A stretch of DNA of 63,965 nt, the filler included, from Cladosporium halotolerans (lineage: Eukaryota): NCBI RefSeq assembly GCF_011745625.1. It is 4 parts of 4 records of this genome, joined end to end, with 100 filler letters (N's around TTAATTAATTAA, not from the genome) between each part and the next. Parts side by side here need not be neighbours in the genome. Positions count along the whole stretch, not along the records: positions 1 to 19,204 come from NW_027191550.1; positions 19,305 to 37,877 come from NW_027191551.1; 2 more parts are not named here. One strand, written 5' to 3'. Below, piece by piece: positions 14,053 to 24,667 of the stretch. The translations under genes and the position numbers were made by a program. How positions within the stretch are numbered: position 1 is the stretch's first letter; each line of letters starts with the position of its first letter. Below the pieces are notes generated by a model. It was not told the DNA's origin and did no database searches. It was given only the letters and a program-made list of their open reading frames with translations.

Positions 14053-15037
14053 TCAGCTCTGGTCAAGACTTTCGTACTCAAAGTTCCGAACGGTCTGCAC
14101 GACGCTCCGTTGCCAACGTGCTCCTCCCCCAAAATCATCACCCTGGGAGCTTCTCTCACCAACGTGTTGCAACACAGGTGGTACCAGCGCGCACCGCCTC
14201 AGACGCTCAGCGTCTGCGTCCTCTTCCGTGAGAGAGTCGACAAAGCCAACGCTTCTACGATCCAGGAAGTCGACGAGATTGAGCACTTGTAGACGTGGAA
14301 ATAATAATCTTTGCGAGCGCCAACCGTACTTGTGCATCCGCTGAGTCCCTCGTGAAACCGTAACCCTACCAGCAGCGAAAAACAGTCCTATGCACATTGG
14401 CACGTAGAAAACCACCACCAGGCCGACGGTGACGCCGTCCAATATCCTGGTGGTTGACGCGATGATGCTGCGGATAATAGCCTACGTCAAGGATCATGAC
14501 AAAAGGTGTACCGGTGGAGTGACGGCTGCGTAAAAAGCAGACGTAGTGACGGATGCGCTTCACCTGGTGATCCGAATCGTGTGCTTCTAGCTCTCAGGGC
14601 ATCGCGCGTTCCTCTTCCGACGCTGCTTCGTACGTGAGAACGCGGTTCGTTCCGCGGCAAAGCCAAGCTGGGTTGTAGGCACTGTGCGTACCTGGGGCTG
14701 TAGCCGCAAATAGGGCCTCTAGGTGGACTCCATCGCGCTCCTCGGCAGACAAGCCGTCGAGAAAGGACACACCTGATGAGCGAAGAAAGTCGCCTTCCTT
14801 ATGCATGTCGACGATGCCGACGCAAAGCTCGGGATCAGTGATTGCGGTGCGACCAGGTGCCGGGCCGATTTGTTGGAGAGACTTATTCGCGTGGGCACGT
14901 CTCCTCGCGAAGTATCCGGATCTGAAAGCATCTACTGGATCGAAGAACAAAGATGTCGGGTCGTTGGACGACAAGCGGGCCAGCAAAGAAGGTCCCATGG
15001 CCAGAGATGCCATGGCGATGACTTTGAACCCCATCAT
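14053..15037 (-). pseudogene. degenerate PGAP4/TMEM246-like fungal membrane glycosyltransferase
   Basis: DPTSLFFDP, LCVGI, GLSAEER, H.AY..AWL and C-terminal PPVLQHVGERSSQGDD motifs. In-frame TGA at 14594-14596, a frameshift and an apparent internal deletion near 14450-14490. Confidence 0.55.
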
Positions 15038-15366
15038 GACGTTCTTGCTGGATCTTGTAAAGCATACAGTCGAAAGATTGTGACTTGATGCTGCGCAGAT
15101 ATTTATAGTCGATATGCAATATCTGCAGTCCCCGCGACTCAGTCGACGATGTCGGCATTCTGTGAGCAGTCGCAGTCAAGTACATTCCAGGCGAAAAGAG
15201 ACCGCTGCAGGTAAACAGGGAAGACCCTCTCGATCATGATCGGCAGATCGCAATGTCTTGGCCAAATGTGACCTGGTGGGTATATATTCCCGGCAGCTCC
15301 ACGGCGGGCCTGAGTGGGAGTTTTGAGCTTTCCAGACTGAAGACTTCAGCGAAGCCAACCTCGACC

Positions 15367-16205
15367 ATGACACTTGGGTCCGTTCGACTCCTTTGCCTCC
15401 ACGGCAGGGGAACCAACTCTGACATATTCGAAAGCCAACTGGGTACGACCGCCGGATCTTCGTCCACGGCATGCGTGAAGGTGAAGCTCACTTCGTCTCT
15501 ACAGCTCCCCTCAAGTCACGCCTCCCGACCGAGGTGCAATTTGATTTCATCGATGCTCCGATCATAGGCGCTCCGGCACCCGGAATCGAGGACTACTTCA
15601 AGCCGCCCTACTTCGTCTGGCACCGACAGTGGGCGCCCACCGAGGTTTCCAAAGCGCATGAATACGTCAAAGCAGCGATCGCCCAAAATGGACCCTACGA
15701 CGGGGTCATCGGCTTTTCCGAAGGCGCCGCGCTTGCAGCAGCTCTCCTCCTCGAGGATGCTGCTGGCAGAGGTCCACTTGTTGAGCCGATGTTCGGGTTC
15801 GCCGTGTTCTTCAATGCCGTCAACGTCCTCTCGCCGTCGGAAGAGCTAGGAATAAGGATGCTTGAGAGCGACGTACGAGATTCGTTGAAAAGTTTCGAAG
15901 AGGGAGACATCGATCACGGATGTCCTGCCTTGGACTGTGTGTACGCTCTGTGCTCAGACGCCATACCGGCGCTAATCGCCGTGCCCACGCTGCACGTTGT
16001 CGGGTTGCACGATGTTTTCGCAGCGCGTTCGCACGACTTGATCAAGCTGTGCAAACCCGCAAACGCGACTGTGTTCACCTCGGAAGTCGGACACGAGCTT
16101 CCGAAGGGTCGCGATTGGGACGTCGTCGCCCGGAGGGTGGATAACATGATCATGGCCAGGTCGATCGCCAAGGTTCCGGCCTATTCCGATCTCATATTTA
16201 GCTAG
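15367..16205 (+). CDS. FSH1/LovG-type serine hydrolase (probable polyketide-releasing esterase), 1 intron
   Basis: RLLCLHGRGTNSDIF, intron 15443-15504, GPYDGVIGFSEGA (nucleophile Ser), PTLHVVGLHD (Asp), GHELP (His). Confidence 0.88.
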
Positions 16206-16289
16206 GGCAACGTTACATGCGCTGCAGTACCGGAACGTTCGATCGTCCGACTTGCAGAAGTGTAAGTCTTGACCACCGTGAGTAGTGAC

Positions 16290-16830
16290 TGAAGCTGTAA
16301 GCAAAGGAGCGCTAGGCTCGTCATTGACCTCCCATTTCCCACCTTTAGCCTCACCAACCGCTCGAGCAGCAAGGGCCCTCAAATTTAAACTCAACTCCCT
16401 CACCACCTCGCCCAGCGCCGCAGGCGGCACCCCGACGTCGCGATTCGCCAGTGCCGCAAGCCGCTTGCGGTACGAGCGCAGCGAGCAGGCGATGGACTCC
16501 GTCGAAGTCGCGAGAGAGGTCCCGCTGACGGTGGCGGTGGGCAAGCGTTCGGGGTTTTGGAGGAAGGCGCGAGGGCGTCGCTGCACCGGGCGGCGGGGCC
16601 GCGGAGGGTGGTTGCGAGGGAGGTGCGGCGCTTGGAGAGGTGGGTGGGGGCGTGGTCGCGGGACTTGGTGGTGGTGCTAGCGATGGTGCTGGGGTTCCGG
16701 GGGCTGGGAAGGGGGGGGCGAGCGGTTGCGGAGGGGTGAGTCGGGGAAGACAGAGGAGAAGGCGGGTTCGAGGTGGGGGGCGGTGGCGGTTGAGATGCGG
16801 GAGGGCTTTTTGCGGAGGCGTTGGGAGCGA
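16290..16830 (-). pseudogene. gene fragment resembling the C-terminus of fungal WD40 MAPK-binding protein 1-like proteins
   Basis: STESIACSLRSYRKRL...VRELSLNLRAL resembles the remembered STEQVCRTLRAYRKKL...ELxLT tail. Interrupted by a stop; very G-rich on the + strand. Confidence 0.3.
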
Positions 16831-17172
16831 AGCGATGAACTGAATGTGCAGGATCGCAAGTACTGTACAATGTCACCTCGAACGTTGCAAAACAGTACAA
16901 CCTTATATTGTAGCCTAATGCTCCCCATGAGCGAACGGCCTCCCAAGCAGGCGGGCAGTCTTGTTGAGCTCTGTCACTGGAGATCGTCTTCGACCGGCTC
17001 TTTACGCTCACATCTGCATCGGCTTACCTTGATCAGGATCGAGACTACATGTTGGCATTGCAATAGCAATTTTCAGTTTCCAGGAAAAGAGATATGCGCC
17101 TGAATACAACCTCTACAAAACTCCTGATCAGATCACGAGATCGTTCCTCTTCAAAAGCACCACCGATGTTGT

Positions 17173-19204
17173 CTAGGAATCCCTGCCCTGAATCCATTTG
17201 GTGGCCCAGCTCTGTAGACAGTCACTCCGCAGAGGCTCCAGCGCCCGCATAGACTCGCTGCTAGCCATAGCTCTATCGGTTGCGAACGCACCGAACAGAG
17301 GCTTCTCTGAAACCAAGCTCTCGAAGAAAGGAAGAAGCTTGACAGCAGGGTTCGCAGACATGGTCTGGCTGTCGAGCGGCTCCATTTCAGAAGTAGCTTT
17401 CAACTTCTGGCACCATTTGCCGTAGGTGACGATCTCTAGCGGCTTGCCTCCACGTTCGCTTGCCACTTTGTCGAGTACAGTCTGAACCGCCGGTAGTGGC
17501 TCTGCCCACGGCGTCGGCTTCGGGTGCACCACGTTCAGGGTTTCATTGCCGCCGGTGGCTATGGTCTTCCTCGACATGTCATGCAGAATCCTGGCGGCAG
17601 CGTCCACCGGTATCCATCGCACCTCATTCCCGTCCTCGGCACATCCAAGGCTTTCCGGAAGAACGCCTAGGTGGAGGGAGCTGACGACCAGACTGGGAAG
17701 CCACTCTGGACGGTTCCAGCCTCTTTTCCGTAGAGCATCCCCAGCGACCTGACCGACCCGTACTGACATGCTCCTGATGCCGAGGACTTTCGAGGCATGC
17801 GCCAACATCTTCTCGGCCACGTCCTTCGATTGTCCGTACCCAGTCGACGCCGGCACGCGTGTGCTGTCGAGGACTGCTTCGGGTACGATCTGATCTTGAC
17901 CAGTCCCTCCGGCAGACGCGATGGAAGACACAAATTGGACGGTCACGGGACGGGGGCTGGCGGCCGCGAAGCCGACGAGTCCGACGACGCCATCAAGGCA
18001 ATTGGCGAACGATTGCAGGGACTTGTTGAAGTCCACAGACCAGGCATTGTGGATGATGCGCGTCACAGATCGTTGGAGCTCTGCGAAGTCAGAGTCCTGC
18101 AGTCCAAGCTGTGGTAGGGTAAGATCCGCCGTAAAGAACCTCACACGGTCTTCGGAAAACGCAAGCGGTAAGCCTCTCTTCCTGTTGCTCTCGATCTGAG
18201 CGTTCCTGGAGTCCTTGGACCGGTTCAGGCAGTACACCATCTGCGTTCCCCGCTCCAGCAGGGTGTTGAGCAAATGCGAACCCAGCGCTCCAGTCGAGCC
18301 CGTCAGAAGGACCGCCCCCTCCGACTCCAGCGTCGATGTGCTTTCCTCCGCTTCCTCTGACGGCTTCAGCATCAAGCCATTCGGCTCAAAGAGCGCGTCT
18401 ATTTTCGACCGGTAGACGTGCAAGGTCTCCTCCACATCTACCATCCCGACAACGGAACGGCTTTCTTCGAGAGTGGCCCGCGAAAGTGCGAACGCCAATA
18501 AGTCGACGGTAGGGTTGTCGTAGATCGTGCTCGCTTCCACTGACACCTGAGGCAAATTCGATCTCAAAGCTCGTCCGAACTGGATCGCTTGCAAAGAGTC
18601 CATGCCGCTCTGGAAGAAGTCCGTCGACGGCGACTGAGTCTCGTACCCAACATCGGCCAGTGCCCGCCTGACCACCGCAGCAGCGTCCTCACGCGTCAAC
18701 GCCATATTGGGAGCGTTGAATGTGAGAGGGTGGCTTCTGCCTGCTGCGCCCTCGCCTTCTTCGTACAAGCCATCGATGGCATCTTTGAAAAGTTCTACGG
18801 TGCCACGACGCTGCACCGTGCCTTTGCCGACCCTGATGAACGACTTCGCCGAAGGCACGCCGAGTATCTTGGTCTTGGACACTTTCGCGTGTCGCGGGCA
18901 GAGTTTGTTGCACTTCTCCACCGTCGGCCAGATGGTATCGATCAACTCTTTCTTGGCAATGTCCGAGAGCGGCTGTGCGTCCGTCGGCTCTACGAGAAGC
19001 GCTGCTTCTTGGCGCTGTTGTCCGACGACCAGCGCAGCCTGCACCTGCGGGTGCTCAGCCATCTGGTTCTCGAAGCTTGTCGGGTTCGTCTTTTCTCCGT
19101 TGAGGAAGACGATGATGTCGTCAGTCCTGCCCACGTGGGTGAAGGTGTTCGGTAGAGAAGCATGCTTCACGAAAAGATCTTTCGTAGGGTAAGACTCCAC
19201 GTCG
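17173..19204 (-). CDS. NRPS-like carboxylic acid reductase (A-T-R), 5' part cut by the contig end
   Basis: A-domain end GRTDDIIVFLNGEKTNP and GKGTVQR; T domain DFFQSGMDSL; R domain VLLTGSTGALG, IHNAWSVDFN, GYGQSK (YxxxK), RVGQVAG, WNRPEW. Confidence 0.9.
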
Positions 19205-19304
19205 NNNNNNNNNNNNNNNNNNNNNNNNNNNNNNNNNNNNNNNNNNNNTTAATTAATTAANNNNNNNNNNNNNNNNNNNNNNNNNNNNNNNNNNNNNNNN
19301 NNNN
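19205..19304. other. artificial contig-joining spacer (N44-TTAATTAATTAA-N44)
   Basis: Exactly 100 bp; the core gives stop codons in all six frames; identical to the other two gaps. Confidence 0.97.
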
Positions 19305-19418
19305 CTCGGGTCATGAGTGCAAGGCGACTTTCGTTGTAATGTTAGGTAGCGATTAGGGACGGCTCATACGGTCTCCGTGCATAGCCTGAATGAAAATCAT
19401 CATCATCATCATCATCAT
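19305..19418 (+). mobile_element. 3' end of a LINE-like element with (CAT)7 tail
   Basis: AATGAAAAT followed by (CAT)7, matching the organisation of the LINE terminus at 31959-32006. Confidence 0.5.
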
Positions 19419-19419
19419 G

Positions 19420-19890
19420 ATGCGGCCGCACTTTCACCACCAGATCCGCAACCACAAACGCTCAGATTGATCAGAACGAACTTGTAACCTAGATAGTAGG
19501 CTTTTCTGCTTCGATTTGGCACGTGCGGACATTATGACCTGGCTTTCCGCACCTGCGGCAGCGGCGAATTGTCATCAGCCGTTCACTGTTGCTGCACTGA
19601 TTTTCAACTGCACCTCGCCCTTGCTGCTCGTTGTTCTTCTTCTGAGTCAAGATATCTCTCGCACTCTGTGCAGTAAGCGCGTCTCCGTGGCGGACACGGG
19701 ATTTCTTAGCCCTCCGGCGCCTGCTAAGGGCTTCGTTGGCCTTCTGAAGAGTGCGATTCTCTGCAGTCAAAGGGGTCACCGAGTGGGCCATCGCCCTGAT
19801 TACCTTTGCCATCTGCCTGAGAGCCGAGAAAACAGGCGTCGGAGAACTACCTTGTTGACCACTGATCTGAGACTTCACCAGCTCCGACTG
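19420..19890 (-). mobile_element. Fot1/pogo-family transposase C-terminal remnant
   Basis: SSPTPVFSALRQMAK...ENRTLQKANEALSRRRRAKKSRV...RRCRRCGKPGHNVRTC (terminal zinc knuckle). Confidence 0.78.
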
Positions 19891-20587
19891 TGAGATGGCT
19901 TCAGCGGGGTTGTGTGGTGTCTGAGAGACCCAAGGGTCGGCCTCGGTCGCTGGAGATCTCGCAGGCGTTGGGGGTTAGACCGGTTGTGGTGGAGGAAAGC
20001 GAGAGCTCGCGGCGAACCGCGCTTACTTTTGAGGCGGCCTCGACCGCGGCGCACAGGAAAGAGGCTGAAGACAGCGTCAACGGCAAGCTGGTGGTGATGG
20101 CGGAGACCATTACGCAGCTGATGACCGTCCAAAAGCAGATGGCGGTCGTCCGACGCCACCAAGATCCCAGCACTTCGCAGTGGAACCAGCATGACCGAAA
20201 AAGACGAGAAAGCAACCGCTTTGATGCAGTGCCGTTTCCCCACTTCCCCACTACCCGAGGAGCTTTGGCAGTTATGCACTGCCTACGGCCTCTGGCAAGA
20301 CTGGTGGGACAATGAAGGCATTCTCGAGTCGTAATTGGTGATCTTGAGAAGCCTACGCTGCGCATGAGCGACGCTGGTTACAAGACCGTCGCCGAAGGTG
20401 TTGACCTCATATCCACAACGGCGCTCGCGTGCACCCTTGGCAGGGTGTTCTGTTGTCTTTGGCCGGGGCGCCTTATCTTGTAGCGAGGCGGCCCGTATCT
20501 CGAGTTGTCTCGCCTGGGCAGATACGATGCAGCTTCGAATCGTCGATGCCAGAAATGGAAAGCCAATGCTCGCCGCGAGCACACTAC

Positions 20588-23500
20588 TTAGCCGATGACT
20601 CCTCGCTCGCCAAGCGACATCCACTGCTCAGGCTGTGCATGTTCATATAAACCCTCTCTGGCGGGAGTCTGCGGCGTCTCCGGCTTCAAATCCATCTGGC
20701 TCTTGATATTCAAAATCCACTCGTGCTGCAGCAGTTCGGCGGCAGATGCGCGCTTGCTGGGGTCGCGCCCAAAACACCTGCGCAAGAAGTCTAAGCCGAG
20801 GTTGCTGAGTTGATCCTTGGTAGGCATCTGCGGGCTGTAGCCTCGAGCGATGTTGTACATGATGGCCCACTCGTTGTCGTGCGAGGCCCAAGGGCGGGTG
20901 CCGGTGGCCATCTCGGTGACGACGCAGCCGAGCGACCAAACATCGACGGCGCCGAGGCGGACACGGCGATGCTTGCCACCCTTGATCACTTCGGGGGACA
21001 TGTACATGGGCGTGCCAGTGATAGGTTCCTGACTGGGTTTGCCGGAGGGTCCGTCCATAACCATGGTTTTGCCCTGATTGGCGATGAGTTTGGCGGCGCC
21101 GAAGTCGACGAACTTGATGATGCCGTTGTGGTCGAGAAGAATGTTCTCGGGCTTGATGTCGCGGTGAACGACCTTGGCTTCGTGCAGGTAGCCGAGGCCT
21201 TCGAGCATTTGCAAGGCGTAGACTTGGATGACGGTCTCGTCTTCTACACGGCCCTGTTCGAGCACACCTGCCAGCGAGCCACCCGAGCAGTATTCCATGA
21301 AGATATACACTTTGTCCCTGTGAGGCTCGATGCCGTAGTACTGTACGATATTCGGGTGGTCGAGGACTTGCAAGACGCCCATTTCGTCTCTGATTTGGGA
21401 GACGATGGTTGGGATAAGCTTCGGATCTTGGAGACGGATTTCCTTGACAGCCATCAATTGACCAGAGTCAAGATTGATAGCAGCATAGACGGAACCAAAC
21501 GTGCCGCTGCCGATAGACTGGCCTTGTTGCCAGCGAAGGTGCACATTTCCAGCCGAGGCGGAGAGACGCGTCAATGCGCGGTCTGCCTCGTTCGAGTCCT
21601 CCAGCACGTTTCCCAGCGCCTGCCTCTCCGCCTTACGGTCCTTGTACATCAGATCAATCTTGTTCAATTCATACACCAGTCGCTGTGCGCGAAGAATCTT
21701 ACTGCTCTCCTCGTCGCCCTTGAGCCGGGTGTAGTTGAGTCTCACTTTGCCGACCATCAATTCCAAGCGCTGCTTCTCGGTTTGCGCCGCAACACTGCCT
21801 CTCGCTCCCATGAGATCGAAGTGGCTGACAAGTAGACTCATGCAGCGTGCCACCTTCTCTCCGAGCGTGGCATACTCCGTTTCGCTGATTGACATGATGC
21901 GTCGACCTCTAGTCATCATCACTGCGCACTCCAGCGCAATCACAGCCCATCGGAAAGTCTTGCGATCACTCGCCACGCAGTCGTTGCAGATGAAGCTCAC
22001 CCAGTCCACGGCAATATGCGTCATCTTCAACTGATGCATAGCCCGGCGCCGCCGATCCATGAATATCGCAGATCGCTGTCCGAATTCCGTAGCAAAAGCA
22101 AAGCAAGTCTGAATCAGCTCCTTGCGTTCCAGGCCGACGGTCTGCCGCCGCACAATCTCCACGCTGTCTATAATGGTATTGCTGAGCTTATACGCTGTCT
22201 TGCGGATCATTCGAAGCTCTAAATCGATGCTTTGTAGGTTTGAACGATGCTCCACGAGGATATCCAAATCCACGCCGGTTGCTGCTGCGAAGGCAGCGTT
22301 TGCGTTCGCGAGTCTCTGCAGACTGCCATCCGCCACCACTCGTAACCGTCCAGTTTTGATGCCCAGACGAGGTAGCCGCACAGCGCTGTCCATCCTTCCC
22401 CCTCCCCAGCGCAAGGCATGTTCGCAGCAGAGGATCAACATATATGGATTACTCGGGTCCTCCGGCGTGTCTTCGGCATAACAGCAAGTGCCAAGCATGC
22501 TTTCGATATCTCTGCGTCGATTCTGCAGCGCAGGAGAAGCGATCACATGGATGCTCGCCTTCTCATCGTACCGTGAGGATTCTGCTTCAACCAGAAAATG
22601 TCCAGTGGATGCAAGCGCGTCTAAGAGATCCTGGCAACACTCGTGCGCCATGTTCATATTGTATTCGGTCGCGTTCTCGAACCGCTGGCTCAGAACCTTC
22701 GAGAAACGGAAGATCTTCCTTTGCCGTGCACGGACAGAGTCGAAGATGGATTTGTATCGCTTGTCCGTCTCAGCGCCACCGACGTCTTCTGGCGGCCTCA
22801 CAAGCTCCTTCTCGAAGTAGGTCGTGAGATGGTTTAGGGACCTCGCCGTGAGAAAAGAGAACTGTTCTGCAACCTCGACGTCTCCGCCTTCCAGGTGGCT
22901 ACCGAGCTGGTAGCAGAAGTTCCATTCCTGTTCCAGGATTTCGGCTTCCTTGAACGTATTTCTGTTGGCCATGAGCTTCAAGTCGAGCATCTTAAAATAG
23001 AATCGAAGAGCGTCAATAAGAATGCCGTCGAAGTCTTCGTCGATGCAAGGCGGCAGAGCCCAGCCGGGCTGCGGCCGCGCAATGACAAGGTATGCCTCCT
23101 TGATCTTGACAGCAAGAGTGAGTATTATGCGGAGTTGTAAGTTCATCTGCTCAGCCATCATCACGCCGTGCCGTGCCGGGTCCTTCATGTTTTTTGCATA
23201 AGAGAGCCGCATACGAATGATCTCCTGTATAAGCCGGGTGGGGAAGTTGATCAGGGTCAACAACTCTTCGATGTAGGAAGGTAAATGGCGCTCAGCGAAA
23301 GCCCGGGCGTTCAGAATCAATGTGGCCTTGGCCTTGTTGATGACTGTGTTGATGCCTTCGAGTAGACTGTTTTCTCCTTCGAGTGGTCTGAGGCGGTCTT
23401 CCTTCAAGATGCGATCGATGAATGAGCCCTCGTCAAGGAGATGGCCGTTGTGGTCTTCCAGAGGAAGCGCACGAGATTTCGTAAAGTCGAGCTCTATATT

Positions 23501-24667
23501 GCCAACCCACTGTCGCAGCACTCCGAGTTCGGTGTTGATGAGTTCGGTTACGTTGCGCCAGGATACAACGGCGTCAGAGGTGTCTCGGTATGCAGCAGAC
23601 GCAGCAAGAGGTTGTGCTTGTTGTAAGGCCTGTTGAGTTGGATAGAGCCGTTCAACCTTCTCAATGTGGTTCACCACCTGCTGTACCTGTTCGAGCGGTG
23701 ATTTTCCGACCTCCGCCTCCCCCCTGACCTCAAAAGCGATGATATGCTCGATAGTCTGTTTGACGTTGTTCCGGCCCTCCTCGATCAGCCGTCTCTGCAT
23801 GGTCACACTGCGTCCGCAAGTCTTCGCTCTCACGCCTACCCAGACCTCTGTCTTCAGTGTATCGTCACCTTGCTGTTCCGAACCTCTGATAAGCCGCGTC
23901 TTCTCTTGCTTCACAATATCTCCCGTCAGCACATTGGCAAGCATGGCGTGCCATTCTAGTCTTTCGCGATTGGCGGATACCTTCAGCTGTTCCTGAGAGG
24001 GCCCCTGCTCTTCGTAGTATAGCAGCGCGCCCTGGCCATAGGGATCATTCTCAACAAAGCTTCCTAAGCCCGGCGACTCGTCTACTTCGCTCGATCCGTC
24101 GCTGTAATTCGGACTGGATCTGCGTTGTTCGGCGAAAAAGCCGTTATTCGAGGCGGCCTCCCACCGTATCCTCTGCACGTATGCCTCCTCTTGAGCCCGG
24201 TATTCTGCGTTCGGATCGATCCTGCCTCGGTGTCCAGAGCCTACCCGAAACTTGTCGGGACTGCTGGCATATCGGTGAGACCTTCGCGGCGGTGCGTAGA
24301 CGTTAGAATATTCCCTCGTTGAACCCGGTCGTATTGGTTGCTGCTGGGTAATGCGAAGACCACCCATCGTCGCCTCAGTCGGCATGCTCGAGTACGGCGT
24401 GGCAATAGGTGGCCGCGCGCTCGTGCGCGAGGACACGGATGTGGTAGGGACCCAGCCATACGATGACGAGCTTGTCAAAAGCGGGCCTCCTTCTACGCTG
24501 CTGGTCTGGTCTTGCAGAAAGTGCCTGGCAGTGGCGCGGTCGGAATACATCTCGTGGCCCTCCAGTCCTTCGCCATAGTCCACCTCTTTGCCGGACGTGC
24601 CGGTGCCGGACGAAACAAAACTCTGCAGTACTGGCCTGCTCAGCGCTTCGCCGCCGTCTTCCATCAT
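20588..24667 (-). CDS. ssk2: MAP kinase kinase kinase, Ssk2/Wis4/SskB/OS-4 type (HOG pathway), intronless, about 1359 aa
   Basis: N-terminal NRERLEWHAMLANVLTGDIVKQEK, LPSYIEELLTLINFP, NTFKEAEILEQEW and FAFATEFGQRS; kinase GSGTFGSV, MAVKEIRLQD, HRDIKPEN, DFG, GTPMYMSPE, DNEWAIMYNIA. Probable ATG at 24667 within ORF 20588-24892. Confidence 0.93.
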   Translation of the reverse strand: MMEDGGEALSRPVLQSFVSSGTGTSGKEVDYGEGLEGHEMYSDRATARHFLQDQTSSVEGGPLLTSSSSYGWVPTTSVSSRTSARPPIATPYSSMPTEATMGGLRITQQQPIRPGSTREYSNVYAPPRRSHRYASSPDKFRVGSGHRGRIDPNAEYRAQEEAYVQRIRWEAASNNGFFAEQRRSSPNYSDGSSEVDESPGLGSFVENDPYGQGALLYYEEQGPSQEQLKVSANRERLEWHAMLANVLTGDIVKQEKTRLIRGSEQQGDDTLKTEVWVGVRAKTCGRSVTMQRRLIEEGRNNVKQTIEHIIAFEVRGEAEVGKSPLEQVQQVVNHIEKVERLYPTQQALQQAQPLAASAAYRDTSDAVVSWRNVTELINTELGVLRQWVGNIELDFTKSRALPLEDHNGHLLDEGSFIDRILKEDRLRPLEGENSLLEGINTVINKAKATLILNARAFAERHLPSYIEELLTLINFPTRLIQEIIRMRLSYAKNMKDPARHGVMMAEQMNLQLRIILTLAVKIKEAYLVIARPQPGWALPPCIDEDFDGILIDALRFYFKMLDLKLMANRNTFKEAEILEQEWNFCYQLGSHLEGGDVEVAEQFSFLTARSLNHLTTYFEKELVRPPEDVGGAETDKRYKSIFDSVRARQRKIFRFSKVLSQRFENATEYNMNMAHECCQDLLDALASTGHFLVEAESSRYDEKASIHVIASPALQNRRRDIESMLGTCCYAEDTPEDPSNPYMLILCCEHALRWGGGRMDSAVRLPRLGIKTGRLRVVADGSLQRLANANAAFAAATGVDLDILVEHRSNLQSIDLELRMIRKTAYKLSNTIIDSVEIVRRQTVGLERKELIQTCFAFATEFGQRSAIFMDRRRRAMHQLKMTHIAVDWVSFICNDCVASDRKTFRWAVIALECAVMMTRGRRIMSISETEYATLGEKVARCMSLLVSHFDLMGARGSVAAQTEKQRLELMVGKVRLNYTRLKGDEESSKILRAQRLVYELNKIDLMYKDRKAERQALGNVLEDSNEADRALTRLSASAGNVHLRWQQGQSIGSGTFGSVYAAINLDSGQLMAVKEIRLQDPKLIPTIVSQIRDEMGVLQVLDHPNIVQYYGIEPHRDKVYIFMEYCSGGSLAGVLEQGRVEDETVIQVYALQMLEGLGYLHEAKVVHRDIKPENILLDHNGIIKFVDFGAAKLIANQGKTMVMDGPSGKPSQEPITGTPMYMSPEVIKGGKHRRVRLGAVDVWSLGCVVTEMATGTRPWASHDNEWAIMYNIARGYSPQMPTKDQLSNLGLDFLRRCFGRDPSKRASAAELLQHEWILNIKSQMDLKPETPQTPAREGLYEHAQPEQWMSLGERGVIG

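Noticed and set aside
19249..19260. TTAATTAATTAA repeated at three places as a biological repeat, PacI-like site or att site
   Set aside because: Always centred in exactly 44+44 Ns; it is an assembly linker.
19890..20315. Possible LINE gag N-terminal fragment
   Set aside because: Only a compositional resemblance; no diagnostic motif.
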